From the sequence record LC739539.1: a DNA stretch of 64,000 bases; one strand, written 5' to 3'. The first letter of the stretch is position 1. Every line of letters begins with the position of its first letter. The stretch is from Escherichia phage phiWec190. Below are positions 28,457-36,757 of the stretch, piece after piece. The notes below the pieces were generated by a model that made no database searches, had not been told where the DNA came from, and worked only from the letters and a program-made list of their open reading frames with translations. Position numbers and translations under genes: made by a program.

Positions 28457-28776
28457 AAAACCTCCTTCTTGTTGGCTGCTTCAATCATAGCGTTAAGAGT
28501 CTCCATACCGCTTTCAACTGCTTGAGCAATCTCTTGGAACACAGACTTCTTAAAGATGTATAAAGACCCTGCCTGTAAGCGTTGCACACAACATAAGATC
28601 GCTTGGTGATCCATCAGGAAGTCGCCGTAGGCTGAATCAATCTTACCTGTAATTGGGTTCTCTCGTGAACGAGGATCATACTCTAAAGTAATGTGTGTCA
28701 CGCCTGGTAAGGTAACAAACTGGCAGCGAATATTAACACGCGGTGCGATTGACACGCTAAACAGATTGTTGGACAT
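28453..28776 (-). CDS. hypothetical protein (107 aa)
   Basis: ORF track. Confidence 0.45.
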   Translation of the reverse strand: MSNNLFSVSIAPRVNIRCQFVTLPGVTHITLEYDPRSRENPITGKIDSAYGDFLMDHQAILCCVQRLQAGSLYIFKKSVFQEIAQAVESGMETLNAMIEAANKKEVL

Positions 28777-28923
28777 TTAAACCTCCTCGTAGTAAGGCAG
28801 AGCCTTGATCAATTGTTCTGAAGTCCCATTCTGCACCCATGTAGTCCCGTTGTCAAGCGAAACATAACCTTTCTTATCGACAAACTTACGTAGACAACCA
28901 GTGAACTTGTTTTTGTAGATCAT
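28777..28923 (-). CDS. small hypothetical protein (48 aa, not in track)
   Basis: Hand-read ORF MIYKNKFTGCLRKFVDKKGYVSLDNG... with ATGA overlaps to both neighbours. Confidence 0.35.
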   Translation of the reverse strand: MIYKNKFTGCLRKFVDKKGYVSLDNGTTWVQNGTSEQLIKALPYYEEV

Positions 28924-29336
28924 TTCTTCTTTCCTTTCTTCAGTTTGTTATGACCTTTACCTTTGTAAAGCTTGTGATTACGGGCAGACGGTTTATTTTG
29001 GTTATCGACACGGGACACCGGAGTTTGCCACATTGTATCTCCAGTAGCGAAAGATGCTGCCACAAGAAGTTCCAGGCAATGGTAGTCCAGTTCAGGCATC
29101 TTTGTTTCACGCATTTCGCGTTCTTCCTTATTGTCTTCTTCCTCAATTACAGACCAACCCTCTTCCTGCCAAGCTTCCCCTCTGAACCAAGTTTCCATGT
29201 TATAACCTTGTTCGTCGAGAATAACACCATCTCGCATCTCAAACCATTCGCCACCACAAAAATGGCGGTGCTCCACACGTCTACCTTCCTTCATTGCTTC
29301 TTTAGCTTCGGTCCAAGTCAGTTTGATGTTTTGCAT
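28920..29336 (-). CDS. hypothetical protein (138 aa), first gene of leftward block
   Basis: ORF track; RBS GAGAGGAGAAAACAA then ATG. Confidence 0.5.
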   Translation of the reverse strand: MQNIKLTWTEAKEAMKEGRRVEHRHFCGGEWFEMRDGVILDEQGYNMETWFRGEAWQEEGWSVIEEEDNKEEREMRETKMPELDYHCLELLVAASFATGDTMWQTPVSRVDNQNKPSARNHKLYKGKGHNKLKKGKKK

Positions 29337-29366
29337 TTGTTTTCTCCTCTCATTTGGTATGAGCTA

Positions 29367-29394
29367 ATCATAACAGAACCAAAAAGCTTGTCAA
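29367..29394 (-). promoter_or_regulatory. leftward sigma70-like promoter
   Basis: Minus strand TTGACA (29394-29389), 16 nt, TATGAT (29372-29367). Confidence 0.5.
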
Positions 29395-29397
29395 CAC

Positions 29398-29425
29398 TTG
29401 ACCTGAAATATTTTTAGTGTACAAT
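29398..29425 (+). promoter_or_regulatory. rightward sigma70-like promoter
   Basis: TTGACC 29398-29403, 16 nt, TACAAT 29420-29425; back to back with the leftward promoter. Confidence 0.5.
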
Positions 29426-29453
29426 AGCCCTACATTATTAAGAGAGGTGAACA

Positions 29454-29744
29454 ATGAATATTACATTAGCAACTAAGAACATTTCACAAACTATCAACGG
29501 TTTTGGTGTTATCGTGGCTTTGCACGGGAATAATGAGAAGTGGTTAGCATCTTTCGAAGAAGATGAAAAGCACAATGTTATCCTGAATGCTCCTATCAAG
29601 GTGATGCACATCGTTGGTGAGAGTAAGGTACTTACTTCTTCTCGTTCAGAGGAACAAATTACAAATGAATTAGTAAAACTGCTTGACAACGTTCTTCGGA
29701 TGTTTGATAATGCACCCATCGACACAAAACGTGTCTTAATGTGA
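29454..29744 (+). CDS. hypothetical protein (96 aa)
   Basis: ORF track; GAGAGG RBS. Confidence 0.5.
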   Translation: MNITLATKNISQTINGFGVIVALHGNNEKWLASFEEDEKHNVILNAPIKVMHIVGESKVLTSSRSEEQITNELVKLLDNVLRMFDNAPIDTKRVLM

Positions 29745-29757
29745 GAGGAGAAATACA

Positions 29758-30249
29758 ATGGCTTACCCTGACTACATCGACGAACGTGCTACTGGCTTCT
29801 TCCGTAACTTCTTGGTTGGTCGTTCTCACGGGGATGGTGGTTCCAGTTATAAAACAAGCTGGGATAGTCAATGTGGTGCTAAGGCCACCAAAACTTTGAA
29901 AATGCCAGGTCGTCCATTGTGCGCGTATTGCGGAAATGAAGCCTTATCCCTTCAGCCTGGTATTGAGCATGGGGATTATGATATTAAAGGTTACACTTGT
30001 GTCTGCAAAGGCGCAATGGACGAGGCGGATTGGGTGAAAGAAAAGGCAGAGATGGAGGAACGTCACAGACGAGAAGTTTATGAAATGGAAAAACGTATGC
30101 CTATTCCAGATCTTCAAGTTAAGAAAGATATTGTTGCAAAAATGATGGAAAAAGTTCAGAAAGCAGAGACTGAACAAGAATTAAACCGTGCGATCGAGAA
30201 CTTACGTAATTTTAAAGAAGAAAAAGAGTTGCGCGAGATTATGTGGTAA
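29758..30249 (+). CDS. hypothetical protein with Cys cluster
   Basis: 163 aa; CAYCGNEAL...CVCKGAMD. Confidence 0.5.
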   Translation: MAYPDYIDERATGFFRNFLVGRSHGDGGSSYKTSWDSQCGAKATKTLKMPGRPLCAYCGNEALSLQPGIEHGDYDIKGYTCVCKGAMDEADWVKEKAEMEERHRREVYEMEKRMPIPDLQVKKDIVAKMMEKVQKAETEQELNRAIENLRNFKEEKELREIMW

Positions 30250-30286
30250 GGTATACTACTTCCATCAACTAAGAGAGGAGAACAAA

Positions 30287-30574
30287 ATGTACTATTCACA
30301 AGACGAAGTGGCAAACATCAAATTAGCAGTTGGCGATCTTATTGTATCCCCTAAATATCACTGGGATAACACGGACATGGTTGAAGTAGTAACCCATGTC
30401 GGGGTTGAAGGCGTTGTTCTCTACACTCTGGGCGGAGGTGTTGTTGGGGAAATGGAACGTTATACGACAACGAAGAAACTGGTGAGTTCTTATCGTATGT
30501 TCTTACACAAAGGCTCGGAAGAGTATGCAGCCTTCTTATTGAAATTGGACGCAGAACGAGGAGAAACAAAATGA
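30287..30574 (+). CDS. hypothetical protein (95 aa)
   Basis: Track ORF 30188..30574 trimmed to Met with GAGAGGAG RBS. Confidence 0.45.
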   Translation: MYYSQDEVANIKLAVGDLIVSPKYHWDNTDMVEVVTHVGVEGVVLYTLGGGVVGEMERYTTTKKLVSSYRMFLHKGSEEYAAFLLKLDAERGETK

Positions 30575-30903
30575 AACTTATCCATGATGAATTACAGTTT
30601 GACGTAGAAGATCTGCAAGATTTGGACGATACGTTCTCCGCGATTATCTGTGCTGGACTGTATGCGTTCAAGGCACGTATTGTGGAACGAGGGGATATCC
30701 TTATCCCATCTAAGATTTGGGCTAAATATGTGTCAGATTACCGTAAACTAACAGAAGAGCAGGAGCGGGAAGCTACAGTGGAGTGGTTATCCATTATTGA
30801 TCAAATGATCGAAGGTTTTAAACCTGAATCAGTTATGACCAAAACAGATAAAATGGAAGGTCGTTGCCTGTTTGCTGAATACTTTCATAACTTGTGGAGC
30901 TAA
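30571..30903 (+). CDS. hypothetical protein (110 aa)
   Basis: ORF track. Confidence 0.5.
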   Translation: MKLIHDELQFDVEDLQDLDDTFSAIICAGLYAFKARIVERGDILIPSKIWAKYVSDYRKLTEEQEREATVEWLSIIDQMIEGFKPESVMTKTDKMEGRCLFAEYFHNLWS

Positions 30904-30905
30904 CT

Positions 30906-31082
30906 ATGTCTGAATTTTTTACAGTGGTTTTCTTAGGGATTTATCTGGTTATTAATGCTGTTGGCTTAATCATGTCTCTAATAGAGAATATGGGAATTAA
31001 GTGGGCTTGTACATTCGGTATAGCTCTTATGCTTAGTCCTGTTTGGATTTACATCTGCAAGGCAGTTCAACTAATTAGTTAA
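30906..31082 (+). CDS. small membrane protein
   Basis: Track ORF trimmed to MSEFFTVVFLGIYLVINAVGLIM...; two hydrophobic helices. Confidence 0.4.
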   Translation: MSEFFTVVFLGIYLVINAVGLIMSLIENMGIKWACTFGIALMLSPVWIYICKAVQLIS

Positions 31083-31091
31083 GGAGGGAAT

Positions 31092-31430
31092 ATGTTTAGT
31101 AAAGAAATGAAAGATGTGATTGCTACCCTGGTAGTTGATCACGGTATTGAGGTTGAGCGCCAGGTTTGGAAAGATGAAGCACCTTTCTTTGACTTGGCAT
31201 CACGAGCTAAAAGTCATATGCACCTGTTGGAAGACGGTAATGAGTTTGTTCTCCGTATGCGTTATGATCGAGAATTTCGAATTCCTCTTGACACTGAACC
31301 AGATGGTGTAGTATTGTGGTTGGCAGAACATTTCGCCTACGATGCACTACACGGACGGGGTTTCGGTAGTGAACGTTGGGATGCTGTTTGTCGTAAACAC
31401 CATATTGAACCAGACTACGGGAGTATGTAA
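31092..31430 (+). CDS. hypothetical protein (112 aa)
   Basis: ORF track; GGAGGG RBS. Confidence 0.5.
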   Translation: MFSKEMKDVIATLVVDHGIEVERQVWKDEAPFFDLASRAKSHMHLLEDGNEFVLRMRYDREFRIPLDTEPDGVVLWLAEHFAYDALHGRGFGSERWDAVCRKHHIEPDYGSM

Positions 31431-31681
31431 TGTTAAGCGTTAAGCCTAAGATGATTAGTGAAGACCAGAAAGATTTCATTTATAAGTGTGGACGAATCTG
31501 GAGAGAGTATACCAAGGGTAACGAGGTCGTGGTGGTTACTGAACACCAGATTGAAATCTCTGATCTTTTCGGTGATTATTTGCAAGTGATCAAATTAGGC
31601 ATTGACAGAGGTTTGGTTGAAGTGCTAACCTTATCTCAAGTTGAGGCACACCACTTAGATAAAACTATTGTGGAATTGTAG
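31430..31681 (+). CDS. hypothetical protein (83 aa)
   Basis: ORF track. Confidence 0.45.
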   Translation: MLSVKPKMISEDQKDFIYKCGRIWREYTKGNEVVVVTEHQIEISDLFGDYLQVIKLGIDRGLVEVLTLSQVEAHHLDKTIVEL

Positions 31682-31689
31682 GAGGTAAT

Positions 31690-31851
31690 ATGTTAGATCT
31701 TATTATCAAATCAAGTTTGACAGGTTGTTTGCTAAGTGCGTTGTCTGCACCTATCATAGGCGAATTTCATTCTCAATTAGGAATGTTTATCGCTTTAAGC
31801 GTGGCTACTCTGTTCTTGGTTGTAGCTGCATTGTGTATGTTGTTGGAATAA
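31690..31851 (+). CDS. small membrane protein (53 aa, not in track)
   Basis: Hand-read MLDLIIKSSLTGCLLSALSAPIIGEFHSQLGMFIALSVATLFLVVAALCMLLE after GGAGG RBS. Confidence 0.35.
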   Translation: MLDLIIKSSLTGCLLSALSAPIIGEFHSQLGMFIALSVATLFLVVAALCMLLE

Positions 31852-31863
31852 GAGGAGATCACC

Positions 31864-32223
31864 ATGAAAAAGATTATTTTAGCTGTAGCCCTGCTGTCTG
31901 CAAGTTTCGTAGCATCTGCTGCGCCGTTTGTGGCTGCACAGTCCACAAGCACCGGAGAAGTTGCAGTAACTGCTAAAGGCCACTTTGCTTATACTGATCC
32001 TGATGGCAAGTTCTTTACTTGCACGGATGTAACCCCGTCTGTGGATGTGGATAATTCTAATCGCCCATACGTGGCTATCGGCGCTGTGTGTGGCAACAAC
32101 TTCATCATCATGAAGCAGTATAAGGATGATCAAGGCGGTAGCCTCCTGATCCGTCAAGATGTTCAACAGAAGAAGAAAGCTGTGGTGATGGAAGCTATCA
32201 TCACTAAAGGCGAAGGGATCTAA
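31864..32223 (+). CDS. secreted/periplasmic protein
   Basis: 119 aa; signal peptide MKKIILAVALLSASFVASAAP. Confidence 0.5.
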   Translation: MKKIILAVALLSASFVASAAPFVAAQSTSTGEVAVTAKGHFAYTDPDGKFFTCTDVTPSVDVDNSNRPYVAIGAVCGNNFIIMKQYKDDQGGSLLIRQDVQQKKKAVVMEAIITKGEGI

Positions 32224-32231
32224 AATAAGTA

Positions 32232-32266
32232 TTGACAAGACGTATTAGACAAGAGATAATACGTCT
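32232..32266 (+). promoter_or_regulatory. sigma70-like promoter with overlapping 9-bp inverted repeat (operator-like)
   Basis: TTGACA 32232-32237, 17 nt, GATAAT 32255-32260; GACGTATTA...TAATACGTC flanks the -10. Confidence 0.5.
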
Positions 32267-32291
32267 ATTCCAACAGAAGAGGAGAGATTAA

Positions 32292-33431
32292 ATGAAATAC
32301 ACAGTGTACGGGGATGTTGCTATTGTTAATAAAGACTTCGGTGTAGAGGTTGATAAACTCCCCGCTGGCGTTTGGACTGTCAATTGTGATCCACATGGTA
32401 ACTACTCTCTTAGTCGTGCTGATAAGTTCACGATTCCTGATCGCCTGTACGGGGAAACCAAAGAACGTGCAGCCCACGTTATCCGTACCTTCGCTCGTCG
32501 TAGTAAAGAAGGTAAGAACACAGGTGTCCTGTTGTCGGGTACAAAAGGCAGTGGCAAGACAATGCTGGCAAAACTGATCAGTAACACTCTGTTGGAAGCG
32601 GAAGACCTGGGAATCCCAACTATTCTGGTAACGCAGCCATATTCTGATGCCAACTTCCTGGAGTTCATGAGTAAGATCTCTGAACGCGCAGTAGTACTGT
32701 TCGATGAGTTCGACAAAGTGTATTCCAAGAAGGAAGATCAGGAAGCACTGCTGACTCTGCTGGATGGCACAGGTAGCGGTAACAAACTGTTCATGCTGAC
32801 AAAGAACAGTGGATACATCTCGGAATACTTCGTCAACCGTCCGAGCCGTATCTTCTATAGCTTCAACTACGACAAGCTGTCTATTGAAACTATGCTGGAC
32901 TACTTGGACAAGAATCTGAAGAATCGCAAACATGTTGAAAGCTTCCAACGTTTGTGGGATGTTAGCACTGAACTGTCTTTCGATGTTATTCAAGGGATCG
33001 TAGAAGAGTTAAACTTCTATCCGAAAATGACGTTCAAGACCTGTCTGGAGATGATGGGTATCTCTCTGGGTAACGATGCACGCTGGACGATTAGCTCTAT
33101 TGTTGTCAACGGTAAAGCTATCAAGCCTAACTGGGTCAACAACTGGCATGAGTTCACTCCTACCAAGTTCTTGTCTGGTGCATGTGAACTGAACATCTAC
33201 CTGGAAGCAGTGAAGGACGAAGAACTGGAGCCTCTCGAAGATAGCAGCTACGTCATCCTGGATGATGATGGTGATCCACGCATCGACCTGAAAGCTACCG
33301 CCGAAGGTTTGAAGTGTGACCTGATTGAAGGTGGTAAGATTGTAGTAGTGAGCGATAAACCTGGAGATACGTTCCGCGTGGTTCTGGAACCAACCACTAC
33401 ACGATCTGCAACACTGAGCAGTGTGTTCTGA
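32292..33431 (+). CDS. AAA-type ATPase
   Basis: 379 aa; Walker A LLSGTKGSGKTMLAK, Walker B AVVLFDEFDKV. Confidence 0.6.
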   Translation: MKYTVYGDVAIVNKDFGVEVDKLPAGVWTVNCDPHGNYSLSRADKFTIPDRLYGETKERAAHVIRTFARRSKEGKNTGVLLSGTKGSGKTMLAKLISNTLLEAEDLGIPTILVTQPYSDANFLEFMSKISERAVVLFDEFDKVYSKKEDQEALLTLLDGTGSGNKLFMLTKNSGYISEYFVNRPSRIFYSFNYDKLSIETMLDYLDKNLKNRKHVESFQRLWDVSTELSFDVIQGIVEELNFYPKMTFKTCLEMMGISLGNDARWTISSIVVNGKAIKPNWVNNWHEFTPTKFLSGACELNIYLEAVKDEELEPLEDSSYVILDDDGDPRIDLKATAEGLKCDLIEGGKIVVVSDKPGDTFRVVLEPTTTRSATLSSVF

Positions 33432-33476
33432 TAAAGATGCCCCGCAAGGGGCATTTCTCATATACGGAGGAAAATT

Positions 33477-33842
33477 ATGTTAGTTGATGTTCAAATCATG
33501 CGTAACGAAAAAATGGATTTCTTTGAAGCAGTAGAGAAACATCTGATTCGATGGGACTATGAATTTATTCCTGCTGGGTGTGGACCAGTAGAGCACTTAA
33601 CGGAAGACGATGACGTATACATGATCATCCGTCAAGTGTACCAGACAGACCAATGTGAAGAAACTCCAGAACTGATTTTGTTTGAGTGTAAAGATCTTGC
33701 AAAATATTTTGACTATGGCGGAAAAGAGGGTCATAATCTCTCCAGATACAATAAACGTCTACTTATCTTAGACTACATGCGGAACAACAAACACAAACTC
33801 ATCGACGCAGACGCAGTTTATGGCTACTGGTGGATGGACTAA
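33477..33842 (+). CDS. hypothetical protein (121 aa)
   Basis: ORF track. Confidence 0.5.
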   Translation: MLVDVQIMRNEKMDFFEAVEKHLIRWDYEFIPAGCGPVEHLTEDDDVYMIIRQVYQTDQCEETPELILFECKDLAKYFDYGGKEGHNLSRYNKRLLILDYMRNNKHKLIDADAVYGYWWMD

Positions 33843-33855
33843 CAAAGGAGAAACT

Positions 33856-34044
33856 ATGGCACGTTTAGCAGATCATGAAATCTTTAAACCTATTCTGAAC
33901 CACTATAATGAACTTAAGGCAGTGTTGGATTGTTATAAAGAGGATGAAGAACGCTTGGAAGTCAATCTTAAGATAGTTCTGATGAAAGCTTTTCAAGACG
34001 GGCAAGCTGAAGTCTTAAGAGGTATGAAAAATGCGAATAACTGA
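33856..34044 (+). CDS. hypothetical protein (62 aa)
   Basis: Track ORF trimmed to MARLADHEIF... with AAGGAG RBS. Confidence 0.4.
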   Translation: MARLADHEIFKPILNHYNELKAVLDCYKEDEERLEVNLKIVLMKAFQDGQAEVLRGMKNANN

Positions 34045-34558
34045 TGAATATGTATTCTTCTTTTCACATAAAGATGTGTTTAGCAATTGGTACATTGCGC
34101 CATTTACAGAGACGGAACCAGGGTACAGTGACACTTTCTGTTGTGTAGAGCAATACATGATGTGGCGTAAGGCTTTGCTGTTCAAGGATCAGGTAATCGC
34201 AGCAGCTATCCTTTATCACTCAATGAAGCGTGACGACGAGAAGGGACAGGCGTACTACAAACGTATGGGTCGAGCGGTGTCTGGTTTTAATAATGACGTG
34301 TGGGAAGAGCACCGAGAGCGTATCGTAATGCGAGGCTTATGCTTGAAGTATACACAGAACCCTGATCTTTACTCTGACTTGCGCCTGTATCAATTCAAAA
34401 CATTCGTTGAGGCCAGCCCTTACGATAAGGTTTACGGAATTGGAATGGGTATGTATGAACCAGGGGTGCTTAATCCTGCCAACTGGAAAGGGCAGAATCT
34501 TTTAGGACAATACCACAACAATCTGATTAAAATCCTGTTCCCAGCCAAAATACCATAA
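34031..34558 (+). CDS. NADAR-like (DUF1768/YbiA-type) protein
   Basis: 175 aa; FFFSHKDVFSNWYIAPFTETEPGYSDTFCCVEQYMMWRKALLFKD fits the NADAR N-terminal signature. Confidence 0.55.
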   Translation: MRITDEYVFFFSHKDVFSNWYIAPFTETEPGYSDTFCCVEQYMMWRKALLFKDQVIAAAILYHSMKRDDEKGQAYYKRMGRAVSGFNNDVWEEHRERIVMRGLCLKYTQNPDLYSDLRLYQFKTFVEASPYDKVYGIGMGMYEPGVLNPANWKGQNLLGQYHNNLIKILFPAKIP

Positions 34559-34627
34559 AGGCGATATTCGTGATATTTTGAAAAAATTCGTTTTTAAAAA
34601 GAATACGTCAACTTTGTGCCACAGAAA

Positions 34628-34665
34628 AAGGCTCCTACAACCTCCGTAGAGAGCCTTTTTCTCTT
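34628..34665 (+). terminator. rho-independent terminator
   Basis: AGGCTCCTAC-AACCTCC-GTAGAGAGCCT followed by TTTTTCTCTTT. Confidence 0.65.
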
Positions 34666-35010
34666 TAGCTACACCAACACTCATCTTTTAGAGTTAACCT
34701 CGTTAGACGAGCATTCAGGTAGGTTGTAGGCTGCGTAGCATCTTCAGGAAAGATTATCTCAAATCTTACAAGCAAACTATCTCAAAAATCCCTACAATTA
34801 TTTAAACTTTTTATGAGTTTACAAAAACGAGAATCCAAAACCAAATTCTAAAGTTTACACACATTATCTCAAATGGGTGGACCAGATTGCAAAACAAAAA
34901 ACCGAGAAAAATTTTTAAAAAAGTCGCGCGCACCAGGTATTTAAAGTTTTTTTGCTTTTACAAAAGTGAAAGTTGAAAAGCAAATTCTAAAGTTTGCGTG
35001 AAAATTACCG

Positions 35011-35210
35011 AAATGAGAATTATTCTCACTTAAAATCGAAATACGAATGAGAATGATAATGATTCTCATTTAACATGGTAAATACGAATGATTCGCATTC
35101 AATAGCGTAAATGAGATTTATTCTCACCTTGCGAATGAGATTGATTCTCATTCAACTATCCAAATAAGATTGATTTTTATTCAATAAGGTAAATGATAAT
35201 CATTCTCATT
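35011..35210. repeat. array of about 7 imperfect palindromes resembling Fur-box hexamer repeats
   Basis: AATGAGAAT-n-ATTCTCATT type units about every 30 bp, e.g. GAATGAGAATGATAATGATTCTCATT and AATGATAATCATTCTCATT. Confidence 0.55.
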
Positions 35211-35471
35211 TAGAGAATGACGGGCAGGTCCGGTGATTATCTCGCGCTCCCGTGTCCCCTCGCCATGTAATAAGAATAACAGATCCAGCCAGGAAAGCAA
35301 GCGATTATTTTATCTTTACATTTCTTTACAAATATATAGCGCCCAGCCTCCCGGCGATCGACCTTCCAACCGGTGCCCCTGGTATGTTAGCCCCGCCTTT
35401 ACGCCGTGGGGGGTGGCGCTTCCTCTTCTGTATGTAAAACAGTATAAGCCCGATCCCTGGGCTTGTCAAGA

Positions 35472-35738
35472 CTATTTTTTGTCTTCTTGCCAGGCAAGAA
35501 CGCCTAACCAAAAATACATATCACCCCGCGCCCCTGGCGGTATCTTGTTTTCACCGCCGCCACTGCAAGCCCATAAATAACCATCAGCGAACGGATCAAA
35601 ATGGTCTATATCTTCCACTTTATGATCGCCCAAGGTGAGAACGGTTTCAACCTTTAAGCCCGTTGCGCTTGCTACCTGGTGGACCGTGCCGCCTTGCCAG
35701 CCTAAAGAGTGCATAAGGTGTAATGTAGTAGTTGTCAT
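35472..35738 (-). CDS. hypothetical protein in GC-rich island (uncertain)
   Basis: 88 aa track ORF, opposite orientation to neighbours, in a locally GC-rich 0.5 kb segment. Confidence 0.3.
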   Translation of the reverse strand: MTTTTLHLMHSLGWQGGTVHQVASATGLKVETVLTLGDHKVEDIDHFDPFADGYLWACSGGGENKIPPGARGDMYFWLGVLAWQEDKK

Positions 35739-35847
35739 GGTGTCGCCCTTTCTTTGTTGTGCGCCCTGGTTGGCGCGGTAGAAAGATAATAGCCCTTTCC
35801 TTTATATATAGCAAGCAAAAAAGAAATGAAAAAGATTGAAAAAGTGG

Positions 35848-35904
35848 TTGACGTTCGCCAGGTGGCGGCGTACTATTCATCACGTAGGGCGGCAATGGTG
35901 CTGC
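35848..35904 (+). promoter_or_regulatory. cassette promoter plus leader stem-loop (copy 1)
   Basis: TTGACG 35848-53, 17 nt, TACTAT 35871-76, leader CACGTAGGGCGGCAATGGTGCTGC (stem 35889-35904). Confidence 0.6.
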
Positions 35905-35925
35905 TCACTATCTGGAGTTAAGATC

Positions 35926-36123
35926 ATGGCAACATTGCACATAGTAGCGAAAGCAGGACAAATCAACGTAGTGGTAAACGGCTTTACTGAATTTAGTCAT
36001 CCTCAAGATGATCATGAAACGGTGCTATCTTTCATTGATTCCCTGTTAGAAATGGGAGTCATTACAGAAGACCAACACGCTACTAAATCCGAACGTGTCC
36101 GCCGTATCGCGGGTGAAGAATAA
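35926..36123 (+). CDS. small hypothetical protein (65 aa)
   Basis: Track ORF trimmed to first Met after leader; RBS GGAG. Confidence 0.5.
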   Translation: MATLHIVAKAGQINVVVNGFTEFSHPQDDHETVLSFIDSLLEMGVITEDQHATKSERVRRIAGEE

Positions 36124-36129
36124 AAAGTA

Positions 36130-36190
36130 TTGACAATACGCAACAACCTGATAAGATGTATCACGTAGAGCGGCGGAATGGTCCACCGCT
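36130..36190 (+). promoter_or_regulatory. cassette promoter plus leader stem-loop (copy 2)
   Basis: TTGACA 36130-35, 16 nt, TAAGAT, leader GTAGAGCGGCGGAATGGTCCACCGCTC. Confidence 0.6.
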
Positions 36191-36213
36191 CACAACTAAG
36201 AGAGATTATCATC

Positions 36214-36486
36214 ATGGCATCATATAGCGCAACAATGATCGTAACTGGCACCACTGGCAAACCTATGAGCGGTGGCGGATCTTTCGCTAACATCAATATT
36301 GACGGGCGCTTATCCCTGGACGCAGCGATCGCCGTAGCGCGGGAAACATTTAAGAAAGAATGTAATTTCAACAAGCAAGATTATTTAGGTTTCGCTATTG
36401 AAAAAACCGCGCGCTTTGTGGATTATAAAAGCCCGAAAATGGTTGATACTACATTAACAGCAAGACAAGTAAACTTTTTGCTGTAA
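36214..36486 (+). CDS. small hypothetical protein (90 aa)
   Basis: Track ORF trimmed to MASYSATM... after RBS AAGAGAGA. Confidence 0.5.
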   Translation: MASYSATMIVTGTTGKPMSGGGSFANINIDGRLSLDAAIAVARETFKKECNFNKQDYLGFAIEKTARFVDYKSPKMVDTTLTARQVNFLL

Positions 36487-36496
36487 GGGGGCTAAC

Positions 36497-36757
36497 GTGC
36501 ACTTTCTTAAGGTATGCGGGAAGATCATAGCCTTTCGTAATGAGGAATTTTATAACCTTGCTCGTTATGTTATGATCTACCCTGGCAAGGTATATAAAAA
36601 CAGTCCGACAAGTTACACTATTTACAATGTGCTATCAGGTAAAACCACGGAGATCATAAAAGGAGGGGTGAGAGATTATCGTACATCTTTCTATCCTTGC
36701 CGTGATTCCGCCAGCTTATTTTTTGTGTGTGAAATGATTGTTAAAAGGGGTGTATAA
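36497..36757 (+). CDS. hypothetical protein (86 aa, GTG start)
   Basis: ORF track; RBS AAGGGGG. Confidence 0.45.
   Translation: MHFLKVCGKIIAFRNEEFYNLARYVMIYPGKVYKNSPTSYTIYNVLSGKTTEIIKGGVRDYRTSFYPCRDSASLFFVCEMIVKRGV

Noticed and set aside
35011-35210. Assigning the palindrome array as bona fide host Fur-regulated sites
   Set aside because: Resemblance to the Fur box is by eye only; units are imperfect and could equally be phage-repressor operators or origin iterons, so reported as Fur-box-like repeats rather than a Fur regulon call.
35233-35580. 115-aa plus-strand ORF in the GC-rich island
   Set aside because: Pro/Arg/Ser-rich low-complexity translation typical of GC-rich non-coding sequence and no RBS; not called, though the island is flagged.
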